DNA of 64,000 bases from Octopus vulgaris (Eukaryota). A program made the position numbers and the translations under genes. Position 1 is the stretch's first letter; each line of letters opens with the position of its first letter. The DNA lies in NCBI GenBank assembly GCA_951406725.2, contig OX597814.1, positions 60,574,001 through 60,638,000 on the forward strand, read 5' to 3'. Below, in pieces: positions 1 to 13,351 of this stretch. Under the pieces are notes generated by a model. The model worked only from the letters and a program-made list of their open reading frames with translations. It was not told where the DNA came from and made no database searches.

Positions 1-1332
1 GTGCAAGGACAATGCTTAATCTAACCATAAAGGTTAATGGACACTGAGAAGCCATTTTTATCAGAAAACTTAAACTCATTAACAATTTCTAAGCACAGAC
101 ATGTGGTAAGAAGTTTACTTCCCAACCACTGATCTTTGGGTTATACATCATATCAAGTAATGGTTCTTCAGAGGTCCTTTGGAGCAACACTTCTATTCAC
201 AATCATATTCTTTTGGTCATTACTCAAAATTCATGATCATAGGTGAAGATAGGCACATAAACCATGATGTTTAATTTGGGAAAAAGACAGAAAGCTTCAT
301 TAAATCAAAGTGTGTGTTGAGGTAGTGAATTACATGTGCAATTAAAATTCCAAATAAATGTTTTAATTTACTAGGGGTAGAAATCTGATGAGTCCAAAGG
401 TGAGATAAACAAATTTAAAGATAAGGGATGACAAGAAGGTGAAGAGACAAAACAAAATAAAGAAGACAAAAAAGCAAGTTTTTCTTTACTGCTTGAATAA
501 GCCATCAGGCAAAACTTAGAGTGATAAGCAAATATATATGTAAGTGTATATCTAGACAATCCCCTATGTGTGAATGAAACTCTAACGTGCATCATCATCA
601 TTGTCATCATGATCATTTAACACCCATTTTCCATGCTGGAATGGGTTGGATGGTTTGACTGAAGCTGGTAAGCTGGAGAGCTGCACAAGGTTCCAATCTG
701 CTTTGACTTTGTTTCAACAGCTGGATGCCCTTCCTAATGCCAACCACACCACAGTGTACCAAGTGCCATTTACATGCCACTGGTATGGGTGCCTTTTATG
801 TGTCACCAGCAAGGATGCCTTCATGTGTCACCAGCAAGGATGTCTGTAACATGTCACCAGCACAAATGCCTTTTATGAGTCACTGGCATGGGTGCCTTTT
901 ACACATCACTGATACAGACCACAACTATGATTTCACTTATTTGACATGTTTTCTCAAGCATAAGAAATCACCAAAAGTTTTAGTCACTTCTCATTGCCTC
1001 TATGAGACTCAACAACTGAAGATCATATTTCCCCACCTCATCTCATGACTTCCTGGGTCTACCTCTTCCGCAAGTTCCCTCCATAATTCGAGATTTTTTT
1101 TATACATGTGTATAAAAACTACAAGTGTGTGTGTGTGAGGAAGTTACAAAAGGAATGTGTAGAAGGTACAGGAAGTGCATGTAGAGACTGTAGAATGTAG
1201 AAACTAAGAGCAGGTATGTGTGTAGAATCTACAGTGTTGTGGGTGGATAAACTGTAGATGATGTATGTAAAACATACTGCAAGCATTTGTTGAAGCTGTA
1301 ATAGATGTGTATAAAGACTATAGAAGGTGCAC

Positions 1333-1373
<41 letters not shown>

Positions 1374-2156
1374 TGTGTAGAATCTATACCAAGTGTGTGT
1401 GAAAACTATAGCAAATGTTAGAGGTTATAGCAGATTATAGGAGTGATAGCAAATGAGTGTAGAAGCAAAACAGGGGTGTATGTAGAATGTATAGTAAATA
1501 TGTGTAGAAGATATAACAGGTATGAGTTGAAGCAAAAGCTGGTCTGTGTGTGTGAGCATGTATGTGCAAGTAGGAGCTGCCTGTGGGTATACAGAAACTG
1601 AGAAGTTTATAGAAGTTGAACACTGCACCTATGACATGAGATAACAAGGAAAAAAACAAATAACTTCTATAGATGCAGGCATAGGTGTGTGGTAAGACCT
1701 TTGCTTCCCAGCCACATGGTTCTGGGTCCAGTCCCACTGTATGGCACCTTGGACAAGAGTCTTCTACTATAGCCTTGAGCCAACCAAAGCCTTGTGAGTG
1801 GATTTGGTAGACAGAGACTAAAAGAAGCTGGTCATGTGTGTGTGTGCACACCTTTGTATTTGTTTGTCTCCCACCACCGCTTGGTAACTAGTACTGGTGT
1901 GTTTACATCTCCCCGTAACTTAGCAGTTCAGCAAAGAGTCTGATAGAATAAGTACCAGGCTTAAACAAAAAATAAGTACTGGGCTCAATTGGTTCAACTA
2001 AAGATTCAAGGCAGTGCTGCAGCATGGCCACAGTCTAATTTCTGAAACAAGTAAAACAGATAAAAGCGGTGCAGGAGAGTAGCAAACAATAAATATAAGG
2101 GCAGAAGATGCAATTCTAGGATTTCAATCAGCAAAAAGAAAGGAAGCAAACCTTAC

Positions 2157-2197
2157 CATTGTCTGTTCCAGTAATAACACTTTAAGCTTTGGTAATT
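2157..2197 (-). CDS. Coding exon H: (E)LPKLKVLLLEQTM, LRR; the gene probably continues beyond the left edge
   Basis: Acceptor ctcttttttcag, donor gtaagg, 41 nt, phase 1-0; LPxLxxLxLxxT consensus. Confidence 0.85.
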
Positions 2198-2584
2198 CTG
2201 AAAAAAGAGCAAAGAAAGAAAGAGAGAAACTTTGAACATAATAGGATATTTGTTTGGCTAGATTTATAAACGCCGAGTGTTACAGAGGTGAACATAGGCA
2301 CAAGCACGGATGTGTAGTAAGAAGATTGCTTCTCAACTATATGGTTCTTGTTTCAGTACCACTGTGTGGTACCTTCAATGAATCTCTTCTACTATAGCCT
2401 CAGGCTAACCAAAGCCTTGTAAATTTACTTGGTTGATGGAAACTGAAAAAAACCCATTGTGTATGTGTGTGTATAGATATATAGATATAGATATGCCAAA
2501 AGTTTGAAACAATTTTTCTCATTATTCAGGTTTTGTGCCTATAATAGAAATTATTATTATTATTATTATTATCATTATTATTAA

Positions 2585-3443
2585 CCCCATAATGGATTAT
2601 CCCAAGTTTACTCATGCATAGCAAATGTATCTTTTTAGAACCAGACGAGTATACTCGGTCAAAATTAACTTTTAATTTTAGCACTGAAACAAGTTTATTT
2701 ATTTTGTGTCATTTCATTTTTGAGCAATCACGAATTTACTCATGATGTTTAAAAAAATAAGTATTTTTTCATTTGATGGATTTGGCTATCTGGAATGCTT
2801 ATGTTTTGTATAAAGCATCTTTGGAAACTTCAGCTTCTGCTATGAAACTGCTGAAATTTAGAATGCAAATAATCACCAAGATTATTGAAAAATATAGGTC
2901 CTTAGTACCTCCCACAAAACCAGGAAGACCATCATTGATCCCTCATCCAACAAGATTTGCCCCAGCTGGTCACTTTCCCATGGAAATACCAGCAAGTGAT
3001 AAGAAAAAGAACCCTACAAGACAGTGTGAAAATGCGCAGAGAAGAGAGATGCTAAAGGAAAGAAGATTCAAAGAGAAAGCAGATATATGTGTGATGTCTG
3101 CAAGATAACTTTGTGTGTAACTCCTTGTTTTAAAAATTATCATTCTAAATAAACTGTCTATCTCATTTTTAAAAAAAAATTCCTTTGATTTAAAAGCAAT
3201 ACATCTTATAAAAAATCAAAGATTGTTAAATTATACATATTTTTTGAATGTCCGAGTTAACTTATTTAACTCGTATAAATCCAAATGAGTAAAAGTACAT
3301 TTTAATTTCTATAATAAAAAAATAAAGGAAAGAAGATTAAAAAACTTTTTTTGTAATCAACACAGTGTATATAATTAAAAAGGAAATAAAAACATATGCT
3401 CTGAAATGAAACGCCATGTCAAAATAATTGATCCATTAAGGGG
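2585..3443 (+). mobile_element. Internally deleted piggyBac transposon with C-terminal transposase remnant
   Basis: TTAA at 2581-2584 and 3444-3447; TIRs ccccataatggat / atccattaagggg. Peptide FFHLMDLAIWNAYVLYK..LLKFRMQII..GHFP..NPTRQC, then frameshifted Cys-rich domain SRYMCDVCKITLCVTPCFKNYH*. Confidence 0.9.
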
Positions 3444-3659
3444 TTAAGGCAGAAAGCTGGCAGAATTGTTACCACACTAGGCAAAATGTTACACAGCATT
3501 TTGTCTGTCTTCGTGTTCTGAGTTCAAATTCTGCCAAGGTCAACTTTACATTTCATCCTTTCATTACAGATAAAATAAGTACCAGTTGAGTACTGGTGTC
3601 AACATAATTATACCCCTTCCCAAATTTCAGGTCTTATGCCTATAGCAGAAAGGATTATT

Positions 3660-3985
3660 ATTACCTCTGCCTTAGCAAAGGTGAAGGTATTGTTTTCAGT
3701 TGTGTTTGATTGTTGACAAGACATCTCAAGAACCGCTGGATGGATTCAAATGAAATTTTCAGGATCGATCAGGTACCAGACAAAGATTCTGGATTATTTT
3801 TCCGTTTTTTGTTTTTTTTTACTTAATTTTTGAGAGTGGCCAGGTTTATTTTTAGTTTTCTTGTTTAAGAGAGCAGTTAAGTTTATTAAAGATATTCTCA
3901 TTTTAAAAATCATCTCTGGCTAATTGTTGAGAGGATGTTGGTGCTGCCTTGTGGAGGTTTGCGTACTCTGAGTGCTCTTGTTATA
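3660..3985 (+). mobile_element. Helentron/HINE-like non-autonomous element
   Basis: Starts ttacctctgcc..ggtgaaggtattgttttc and ends ggaggtttgcgtactctgagtgctcttgtt (subterminal inverted repeat plus short 3' hairpin, no TSD). Family call is by pattern recall. Confidence 0.45.
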
Positions 3986-4512
3986 ATATTTTGTTATTAT
4001 GACTTGTTTCAGTCACTGGCCTGTGGCCATGCTGAAGCACCACTTTGACGGGTTTTAGTTACACAGATTAACCCTAGTCCTTAATTTTTCATGTCTAGTG
4101 GTTATTCTTTTGTGGCAGCACAAGGCTTAGTGGTTAGTGTGTTGCATTCATATTTGTAAGATTGTGGTTTCAATCCCTGGATTGGGCAATGGATTGTGTC
4201 CTTCAGCAAAACAATTTATTTCTCATTACCCCAGTCCACTCGGCTGGCAAAAATGAGTAATCTTGCAATGGACCAGCATCCTATACAGGGTGGGGAACAT
4301 GTACACCACAGACTCAGGGAAACTAGCTATATGAGCTTATGGCTCGGGAGGGACCTTTTATCTTTTTGTTTTTTTACATATTCCACTAATCTCTTTTCCC
4401 AAGCCACTGAGTTACAGGGATGTAAACAAACCAGCACTGGTTATCAAACCATGGCATGAGAAACAAACACAGGATTAAAGTCAACAGGACTATTCCTTTG
4501 TTATTGTAATAT

Positions 4513-4557
<45 letters not shown>

Positions 4558-6382
4558 TTGCAGCCAAAATGTTCAGAACAGCATTGTTTTCGTCAGAAAA
4601 GTAGGTATAAGTTTTTATCAAGGTTATTTTATATTCTATAATTTTCACAGACAATAAATACGATATTAAAATTATGTTAAATGATGATGATGATATATGA
4701 TGGGCTTCCACACAGAGTCCATCTACTAAATTTACTAATATTGGTCATTCCAAGGCTATAGGGGAATAAACTAGCCTAAAGTGCCACCCTCTAGGACTGA
4801 ATCCAAAACCAGGTGGTTCTAAAGTGAGTTTCTTAAACATACAGTCATTCCTAAATATAGACTTTCTTAAGTTAAACTAGAAAATATTCCTCTTCCTTTT
4901 CTTTTTAACTTTTCTCATTGACTATGGAAACAGCAGTAGTGACTCTTACATTGCAGTAATCATCATCACCATCAACAACAACATTATGAGGATACCATCA
5001 TAGGCACTACTATACTCACTACCACCATTACAGTTATTTCAATGCATTGGCTTGATTCTTTTATTCTATTTCTCACACACACACTCACACACAAATGCAC
5101 ATAAACATACACAAATTCACAGCTCATGGACATACTATACGCATTGCCATATCCAAGTAGTTCAATAATAAACAGGCAGTAGTCCTTCATTATAGGTGGT
5201 GAGAGAAGGGAATGAGAAAATTAAAAAGTAGACGAAAATGGAAGGGAAAAAATGCTATGTTTCTTCTGAGGTGTGTCGTCTTTAAGTGGTAAACAGTAAT
5301 TTTAATACATTTTTCATTTTGTCCATACTTTTTTATTTGAGCACCATGGATTTTTTTAAATATTGATTTTCTTTAAATTCTCTTTCCTTACTGACACAGT
5401 CTTAAATGTAGCACAAGTATTTCCTTTGGTTCCACACATTCTGAGTTCAAATCCTCCCATGGTCGATTTTGCTTTTCATCCTTCCTGGGTTGGTAAAATA
5501 AACAACCAGTGACCAGTCAAGTATTGGGTAAAGAGTGTAATAGGATGTTAGCTGAGTGTATGGCTTCAAAACAATGTAAAAGTGGTATGAACATGAACCA
5601 GAAGCTGATAGAAGATGGGAATTACAAGATGTTGTAGGACTTCCTCACAAAAACTGATCAGGGATGACTGTGTGGTAAGAGGCTTGCTTCCCAACCACAT
5701 GGTTCTGGGTTCAGTCCCACTGTATAGCATCTTGGCTGAGTGTCTTCTACAATAGCCTTAGAATAACCAGAGCCTTGTGAGTGGATATGGTAGATGGAAA
5801 CTGAAAGAAGCCCGTCATATATATATATATGCATGTGCATGTGTGTGTGTGTGTCTTTGTGACCGTGTTTATTCCAACCACCACTTGACAACCAGTGCTG
5901 GTGTGTTTACGTTCCCATAACTTAGCAGTTCAACAAAAAAGATTGATAGAACAAGTACCAGGCTTAACAAAAAATAAGTACTGGGGCCAATTCATTCAAC
6001 TGAAAAAATTTCCAAGACAGTGCCCCAGCATGGCCGCAATCTTACAAGTGAAACAAGTAAAAGGTAAAAGATAATATTGAAGCAAGAAGGTTGCATATGA
6101 TTAAAGAGGACAAAATAAACAGTGTAAGATCATAGAGTCGATAGCAAAGAAATTGAAAAAAAAAATAAAATTGAGAAATATCAGGATCTAGCAAGAGAAC
6201 TGGTACAACGCCCAAAATGCTAATAATAGACTGAAAGAGATTGGAATCACATTGTCAACCTAAATGAAAGTACCATCCTATATTCTGCATGAATCCTAAG
6301 GAAGATTCTTGAGACTTAAGGAGACTTGTTGTCACCAAACCTCAAGATAAGATCCCTGCAAATTAAATTAGCATGTACTAGC

Positions 6383-6420
6383 TTAGTAGTAGTAGTAGTA
6401 GTAGTAGTAGCAGTAGTAGT

Positions 6421-6496
<76 letters not shown>
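6383..6496. repeat. Compound (AGT)n(AGC)n(AGT)n microsatellite
   Basis: Directly visible. Confidence 0.95.
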
Positions 6497-6514
6497 ATTG
6501 TGTTGATGCAGTAA

Positions 6515-7050
6515 AAAACAGTGGCTCTCATGGCTTCTGATCTTAACTGATTGGAAGTGTTATCTTGTATATTGATTTGTCTTGGTATAAAAGATGGGCT
6601 ACAGCAAATATTCTGCTCCATAACACAGAGTTGCTTGTCAGTTGTTTGACCTTGAGCATGTCCCTTAGTGGCTGATGAAATGTGCATTTCTGATCATGAG
6701 CAGAAGTAGTGGGGAAGCATTATAGCCATGTATAGAGAGGAATTTTGGGGAGTTTGAATAATTCACCTTTGGAAACATGGGTGTTTTGTTCAACATCCTT
6801 AAACAACCCTTACTCAGGGACCTTTTTAAGTGTGATGGGCTACTCGACCTGCAGAAAATTCTAACTGGGCCCCACCTGCAAGGTCATGCACTATTAATCT
6901 TGATATGAGATCACTATGTTGCACACATGTGGTTGTGAAGCATGTTCATGGTGTATTCTTATCAGATGGGTAGTCATGATGGGTATACTGGGTTTCGTAT
7001 TTTTTACCCCAGTGTCACTTGCATGGCATGCACTGATCTCTCACTCAATA
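6515..7050. repeat. Unclassified interspersed repeat (partial copies at ~12620-12795 and ~20640-20705)
   Basis: Shared tacagcaaatattctg..ttgcttgtcagttg..tcccttagtggctga..gagcagaagtagtgg..gccatgtgttgagag; ends in (TAA)n. Confidence 0.6.
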
Positions 7051-7695
7051 ATAATAATAATAATAATGGTTTCAAATTTTGGTACAAGGCCAGCAAGTTG
7101 AGGGAGTGGGTAAGTTGATTATATCAACCCCCAGTGCTTAACTGGTACTTGTTTTATTGACCCCGAAAGGATGAAATACCAGTGATTGTAGGAACACTTA
7201 GAATGATCAAAAAGGGAACTGAAAATTATTTGAGGATGATCCCTGGCTTACCATCCATGTAGGTAATGCAAAAGAATGTCTTAACTGGTACGCTTCAAGT
7301 ATTGAGAAGGGCATTATCACTGTTAATTTTGTTTCCTTTTTCCACTTTATGTTTTTCTTTTCTTTTTTCCTTCTTTTCTTTCTCCCTCTTTCTTTCTTCC
7401 CCATTCTTTCTATCATATGACTTTGTAAATGAATAATCTGGTGTGTTTATTTTAATGGTCTACCAATATATACAGTGAGTTTCTTTGCCCTAGGTGTTGG
7501 GAAGACACTTGGCAAGAAATGGTAACAAAATTGAAAGAAAAAGATAATAATAACAACAACAATGATAATGATGATAATAATTATGGCCATCACCACCCAT
7601 TCCGAATACTCTCTGCACCTACGCCTCTGTACCACCTCCACTCAAGAAAAAAAAGAAAATTCAACAAAACTTATAAAATGAAAATGCCAACATAC

Positions 7696-7857
7696 CCGTG
7701 AGTGGTCCAAATATCTTATGAGTACAAGATGTTCTATTCAGATTTAGGCACTTCAGTGTGGGTGGCTGATGCATAGAGATGTCAGTGATATACTGAATGA
7801 TACCAGCATCTGTGACCCGGGTGTTCTCCAGTACTAGGGTGGCTAAAGACTGTAGAG
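7696..7857 (-). CDS. Coding exon G: (A)LQSLATLVLENTRVTDAGIIQYITDISMHQPPTLKCLNLNRTSCTHKIFGPLT(E), two LRRs
   Basis: Acceptor t(n)ccatttcag, donor gtatgt, 162 nt, phase 1-1; LxLxxTxVTDxG and LxxLNLxxT motifs. Confidence 0.92.
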
Positions 7858-8951
7858 CTGAAATGGAAAAAAAAAAAAAAAAGAATTACTACCACAAAGC
7901 TCCATAGCATTATAGAATATTTGTGTATTTCGTATTGTGTTAGAATTTTCACTTCAGCCTTGTAAAACCCACACCTGCAACAACTTCCCAAACAAACCCA
8001 TGGGTTGGAGGGTTCTTGGCGAAGTGGTGCAAAGGAGTCATCCACTAGGAGTAAGAAATCACAAAGAAATGGTGAGTGCAATGACTTGCTGTTATAGCGC
8101 ATGCTCCCATACTATTGCTATTGTTCACACACACACACACACACACAAACATCAGACTCATCGCCACCACAACAACCACCACCATCATCATAATCATATT
8201 GGCATCACCAATATCATTCAGTGTCTGTTCTTTCATAAGCTGAATAGGCCTCACACTGTACAGCCACCTGTCACAGTCCTCCATCATCTGGTGTGCATAG
8301 CAAACAGATATTCATTGTTGTTGAGTATGTTCTGTGTGCATATGTGTATGTGCGTAAACACATGCAAACATTTGTTTTCAAGAGAAATAGAAAAAATATT
8401 GTAATTATGACTGAATAAAAGCAAGGACCAAAGATAGAATATTTTTTATAAATTTTATTTAAGGATTGGCTAAATATCCTGCCATACACACACACACACA
8501 CATCTATACATGTGCTTCTGAATTTTTCCCTTCATCAGTGATAGTTTTGTCGGTGTAACCATAACAGACCACGAATGGCAATAAATGATCAAGAATTATA
8601 ATTTATTTAATTCATTGATAAGACAATCAAATGACTAGATCTATGAGGTTAAAATACTGGACTACTGACCAAATGGTTATAAGTTCAAATTTTACAACCA
8701 TCAAGTTTTACTGCTGAGTAAGGCACATTGCAGCAGCAATAGTAACATCATGGTTGTTTATTTGATACTCCAACTCAGTTCTTATATGTTTTCAATGCTG
8801 GCAATACTCAGATTTACAGATATAACCTGTTTATGAACACAATTACTATCACTAATATAGAGAAAGACTTAGTGAATCAAAAAAAAAAAAAAAGAACTGC
8901 TTAATTTGTAAACTGCATAAAAGAAATGTAAATGATGAATTAATAATAATA

Positions 8952-9324
8952 CAGTGATACCTCGCAGTATGAGTTTAATTCATTCCATGACCAAGCCTGT
9001 CTTACAATTCACTCATTTTACAAATCAATTTTCCCCATTGAAATTAACTAAAATATAATTAATCCATTCCAAGCCTGCAAAACCGCTCAAAAATAAATTT
9101 TTATGGGTTTTAAAACAGAAAAGGTGTAGTTACAAGTAAAACAGCAATAATAAAAAAGAAATATGTAAACTGGTTTTATTAACTGAATTACCTTAAAGAT
9201 GGAATGATTTATGTGCTCATACTGCAAATTTCTGCTCATACTTCAAGACAAAAATTCACACAAGTCTCAGACTGTACAGCAAATTACTCATGCAGTGGGG
9301 CACTCATACTGTGAGGTTCTACTG
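8952..9324. mobile_element. pogo/Tigger-like MITE
   Basis: TA|cagtgatacctcgcagtatgag ... ctcatactgtgaggttctactg|TA: ~22-bp TIRs with TA TSD. Confidence 0.75.
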
Positions 9325-9399
9325 TACTATAATTTTTCAAACTATTAATCTTACTATGAGTGATGAGTAGTGTTTTTCATATTTATATCTACTGCACTG

Positions 9400-10050
9400 G
9401 TATGGATGAGGACAGCTGCATAAAGAAGTGCTGATCTCTAATTGTGTAGGGAACCTGTGGAAGGGGTAAACCCAGGAAGCCGTGGGACAAAGTGGTGAAA
9501 AAGGATCTTCAGATGTTGTGCCTCACAGAGGAAATGAGAAGGGACTGAGATTTCTGGCGATATGCTATGTTTGAGAAGACATGCCAAGCTATGCAAAATC
9601 ATGGTCATCCATACATAGATATAGGCATGTTCTTTAGGCTATGCCCACCACTCCCTCTCTCAGTTGAGAAGTCTTTTCTTGTGGGCTTGCAAGTGCAGGT
9701 GCCACATTGAAAAGCACTCGTTCTGGTACCACATAGAAAAGTACCTGTGCCAGTGCCACAGTAAGAGCACTTGTGCCAGTGCCACATCGAAAGCACTCAT
9801 GCTGGTGGCACATTAAAAGCAGTCATGCAAGTGCCACTTAAAAGCACTTGTGCTAATGTCACTATATAAGCACCCAGTATACCCTGTGAAGTGGTTAGTG
9901 TTAGGAAGGACATACAGTCATAGAAACCATGCCAAAACAGACAAATAGTGCCTAGGAATCTCCCCGGTTGGCCAGTTCCAGTCAAAACGTCCAACCCATG
10001 CCAGCATGGAAAACAGGTATTAAATGATGATGATGATGGTGATGGTGGTG
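9400..10050 (+). mobile_element. 3' fragment of the same RTE LINE family (others ~595-1095 -, ~23100-23460 -, ~25000-25260 -, ~25830-26055 +, ~47435-47610 +, ~53130-53580 +, ~59350-59640 +, ~62640-63045 +, ~63590-63790 -, ~63920-64000 -)
   Basis: Shared RG(R/K)PRKxW-type C-terminus, gtgccac-taaaagcac minisatellite, and the end ccaacccatgccagcatggaaa..ttaaa(tga)n. Confidence 0.8.
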
Positions 10051-10405
10051 GTGGTCTATACTACATTCTACTTAATTTAATCTCAAGTGTCTTAATACTT
10101 GATTTATAATATTACAGAACTGGATCTGAATTAGAAACCTTTAGTTCTAAACTAGAAGTAACACTCTTACCCAGACAGCATAGGTGTCAGTGGCCAAGTG
10201 CAAAAAAAAAAGTGTTATTCCTTTTGGTTTAGAAACAAATGTTTTTACTTACACATCCATGAATATGTTTCATAACAATTATGATCAAACTGATGAAAGT
10301 GTAACATAGATGTAAACTTTTTAAAATGTTTCTTTTCTAAAGACAAAGATAATAATCATGGAAATAGATAATTTTATTACTTAATCTATATACAGAATTG
10401 CTTAC

Positions 10406-10480
10406 CCGATATAGGTGTTAAACAGTTGTCTGTTAGCTGCCGGCATGATCCTAACTTTAAAGTCTTTAGTTTTTTTAAGG
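10406..10480 (-). CDS. Coding exon F: (A)LKKLKTLKLGSCRQLTDNCLTPIS(A), LRR
   Basis: Acceptor tatttccag, donor gtaagc, 75 nt, phase 1-1; LxxLxxLxLxxCxxLTD consensus. Confidence 0.92.
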
Positions 10481-10559
10481 CTGGAAATAAATGAATAAAT
10501 AATTAGAAAATTACAGGTTTCATAAGGAAAACAGAACTCAAAACACATAATGTGTATGT

Positions 10560-11290
10560 ATGCATATATAAGAAAATGAGTTGACAAAGGAATAAATAAT
10601 TATCTTGTGAATTTCATTGGCTTACAGCTGTTTTTGGCATAAGATGCATTGGACTCAGAATTGAGACCCTGAGTAATACTTAATAGCTGCAATAGAACCT
10701 TGAACATAAAGTGCAATATGAAATAAATTGCACTTCATCTTTGAGGCTTCAATGCAAATAGAGTTCATAAGATAATCATTTATTCCTTTGTCATCTCATT
10801 TTCTTACTAACACTCTGTGTTTGACTAACGCTGTGTTCTGAAGCATATGTATATTGAGTTCTACACCAGGTTATTAGTTTTGCAATTTTATATCTCTGAA
10901 GAGCAGAAGCATTATCTATAAATGCTTATCAATATAGGATTTCATTATAGGGACAACTCTTCTGTGAAACGATTGTAAGATGCTTTAAATACTTAATTCA
11001 AAACTTTTAAACTGTAATATACAGTATATATTTATTTAAATATTTTTAATACAACAATTATTGTTCACACGTGTATATCTTTCTGAGGAGTTTTGATATT
11101 GATTTCCTAATATTAATAATAATATATTATTAAAAAAAAAATATATATATATATATATAATCATTCGTATTAAATATATAAGTACTTTAATAGTATTAAT
11201 ACTTTGATACAATAGAACACTCAATATAAATTCAGTATATAATATTCTCATTGAATATATTTAACTAAAGATATATATATATGAATTATT
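10560..11290. mobile_element. Penelope-like element footprint (inverted repeat, hammerhead and AT-rich segment)
   Basis: Inverted repeat ~10570-10612 / ~10762-10804, hammerhead at 10892-10981, opposite-strand hammerhead 3' remnant (aaaacagctgtaag) at 10621-10634, TA-rich ends. Confidence 0.5.
10892..10981 (+). ncRNA. Type-I hammerhead ribozyme motif with long stem II, in a Penelope-like remnant
   Basis: ATCT-CTGAAGA-GCAGAAG...CTTCTGT-GAAAC-gatt-GTA^AGAT: stems I and II complementary, core intact, GUA triplet. Confidence 0.65.
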
Positions 11291-11417
11291 AAGGTGGCTA
11301 TTCCCAATTTACAATCAAAAGGCGCAAGTACAATCATCACTAAAGTGACTAAGGATGCAAGTCAGCACCAGCATTGCTAGGAATAAGACCTTTAGTCATT
11401 TTAGTAATGACTGTACT

Positions 11418-11457
<40 letters not shown>

Positions 11458-13138
11458 CCAGCAGATTAAATACTAGTATGCAAAATTCTTGGCCCTTGAG
11501 TCACTTTGTGACTTCTGACAATTAAATAATCAATTAAATAGAATATTAGTAATTCTTCATCATAAAGCAAAGAGGAAAACACTAAATCACCAGAACATAA
11601 TGTATAACAGTATTCAATGCTGTCACTCTAAATTCTCATCTCAAATCCTATCAAAATAAATTAGCTTGTTATCCCTTCTGAATGAGAGGAGGGAATACGA
11701 TTAACAAAAATATGTCCAGTGATATACTGATCTAATTCAATCAAGTCACTCATCTCCAACAAAAACTGGCCTTGATTTTAAATGAATGTAATCAACTGTG
11801 GGGGCTAATGCAGTTTCGCACCTCTCCTTGAAAAATGCATTTTTTGGAAAATATTTTTCAGATTTCTACGTTTTAGATGTCAAAGATTACGAATATGCAA
11901 AAAACATTTTACATGGCCACACCTGCAAGTATGTGTATATATTGGAGAAGTTCATGAGTGTGTGAATGTGTGTGTGTATATACGCATGTGTACTTGCATG
12001 CACTTGTATGAGTGTATCAATAAACGATTTTTAAAAATAATTAAAATTACTTGGATTGAATGAGGTGAAGCTATAAACTTTTGAAGGAGAGAAAGTAAAA
12101 GAATGGAAATTCAAGTACATATTTAAGTTTCCATCTACCAAAACCATTCAGTCTGGGGTAATAACAGAAGACCCTTTGCACATGCTGCCATGCAGAGGGA
12201 CTGAACACAAAACAATTTGGTTGGAAAGCGAACTTCTTAACCACTTGGCTAATATTTAATGTGTTGGAATTTAAGAATCTATACAGAATCAGAAATATTC
12301 TTTATATGCCTTCTAGGGTACTCCTTCCTTGGGATGGAGCTGCACAATGTTTAGCAATGTCATATAGCATAAGAGGGTAGTACATTAATGACAATTCTAG
12401 GCAGCAGTTAATTACATTGTGTAACAAAATTTTATTTTTTCTGTTGTGTCTTTGGTCAGTAAGTGTTATTTCCTGTTTGCTTCTGTCTAGAAATCAAAGG
12501 AAATGACTACTACTCCCTACAACCTTTGCTTTTGTGACCTAGACTTCAATGTTTTGAAACTGAACTATTCCCATTACATTTCAGACAGATTCAATGCTGA
12601 GTTGTTGAAGCAGAAATATTGCTATAGCAAATATTCTGTTCAGTGCCACAGTTTTGCTTGTCAGTTGCTTGACCTTAACAACTCGAGCATATCCCTTAGT
12701 GGCTGACAATATGTACATCTCTGACAATGAGCAGGAGTGGTGAGAGAGTGTCATATCCATGTGTTGAGAGAGATTGTTTGAGATTTGAATAAATGTAACA
12801 AAAGCAAAGTTTGAAGGAAATAACAGTAGCTACTCAAGGACAAAAATCATGCTATGCAGTGTTAGGAGTGCAATGTCTTTGAAAGACATGTAATAGAATC
12901 AACATGAAGCTTTTATGTAATCACTGACCCTCAAAAAATCATCAATTTTCCTTCAAATCACATTCTACCTTCTCTTATTAAAAAGGTAAGACAATTTGGA
13001 TAAAGTATGTTTCACAAAATGACAGGATGATCACAGCTGGAACAACTTTCATCATGTGCCTGCATAGTCAGGACAGCTCTGGGGTTAAACAACAACAAAA
13101 GTTACTCTAACAAATGTGGTATCAAAATGCTTGCTTAC

Positions 13139-13215
13139 CTGTAAGAGGCTGTAAACCACTGTCTGTTATTAAACTACATGAGTTGAGACTCAGGTGTACT
13201 AAGTTGGTATGCATC
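13139..13215 (-). CDS. Coding exon E: (R)MHTNLVHLSLNSCSLITDSGLQPLT(A), LRR
   Basis: Acceptor tctccacag, donor gtaagc, 77 nt, phase 2-1; LxxLxLxxCxxITDxGL consensus of cysteine-containing LRRs. Confidence 0.92.
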
Positions 13216-13292
13216 CTGTGGAGATGTAAACACACAAAATGAAAACAGAAAAATTAACTGAATTTTCAAAATTCAGAATCAAAACAAATAAC

Positions 13293-13351
<59 letters not shown>

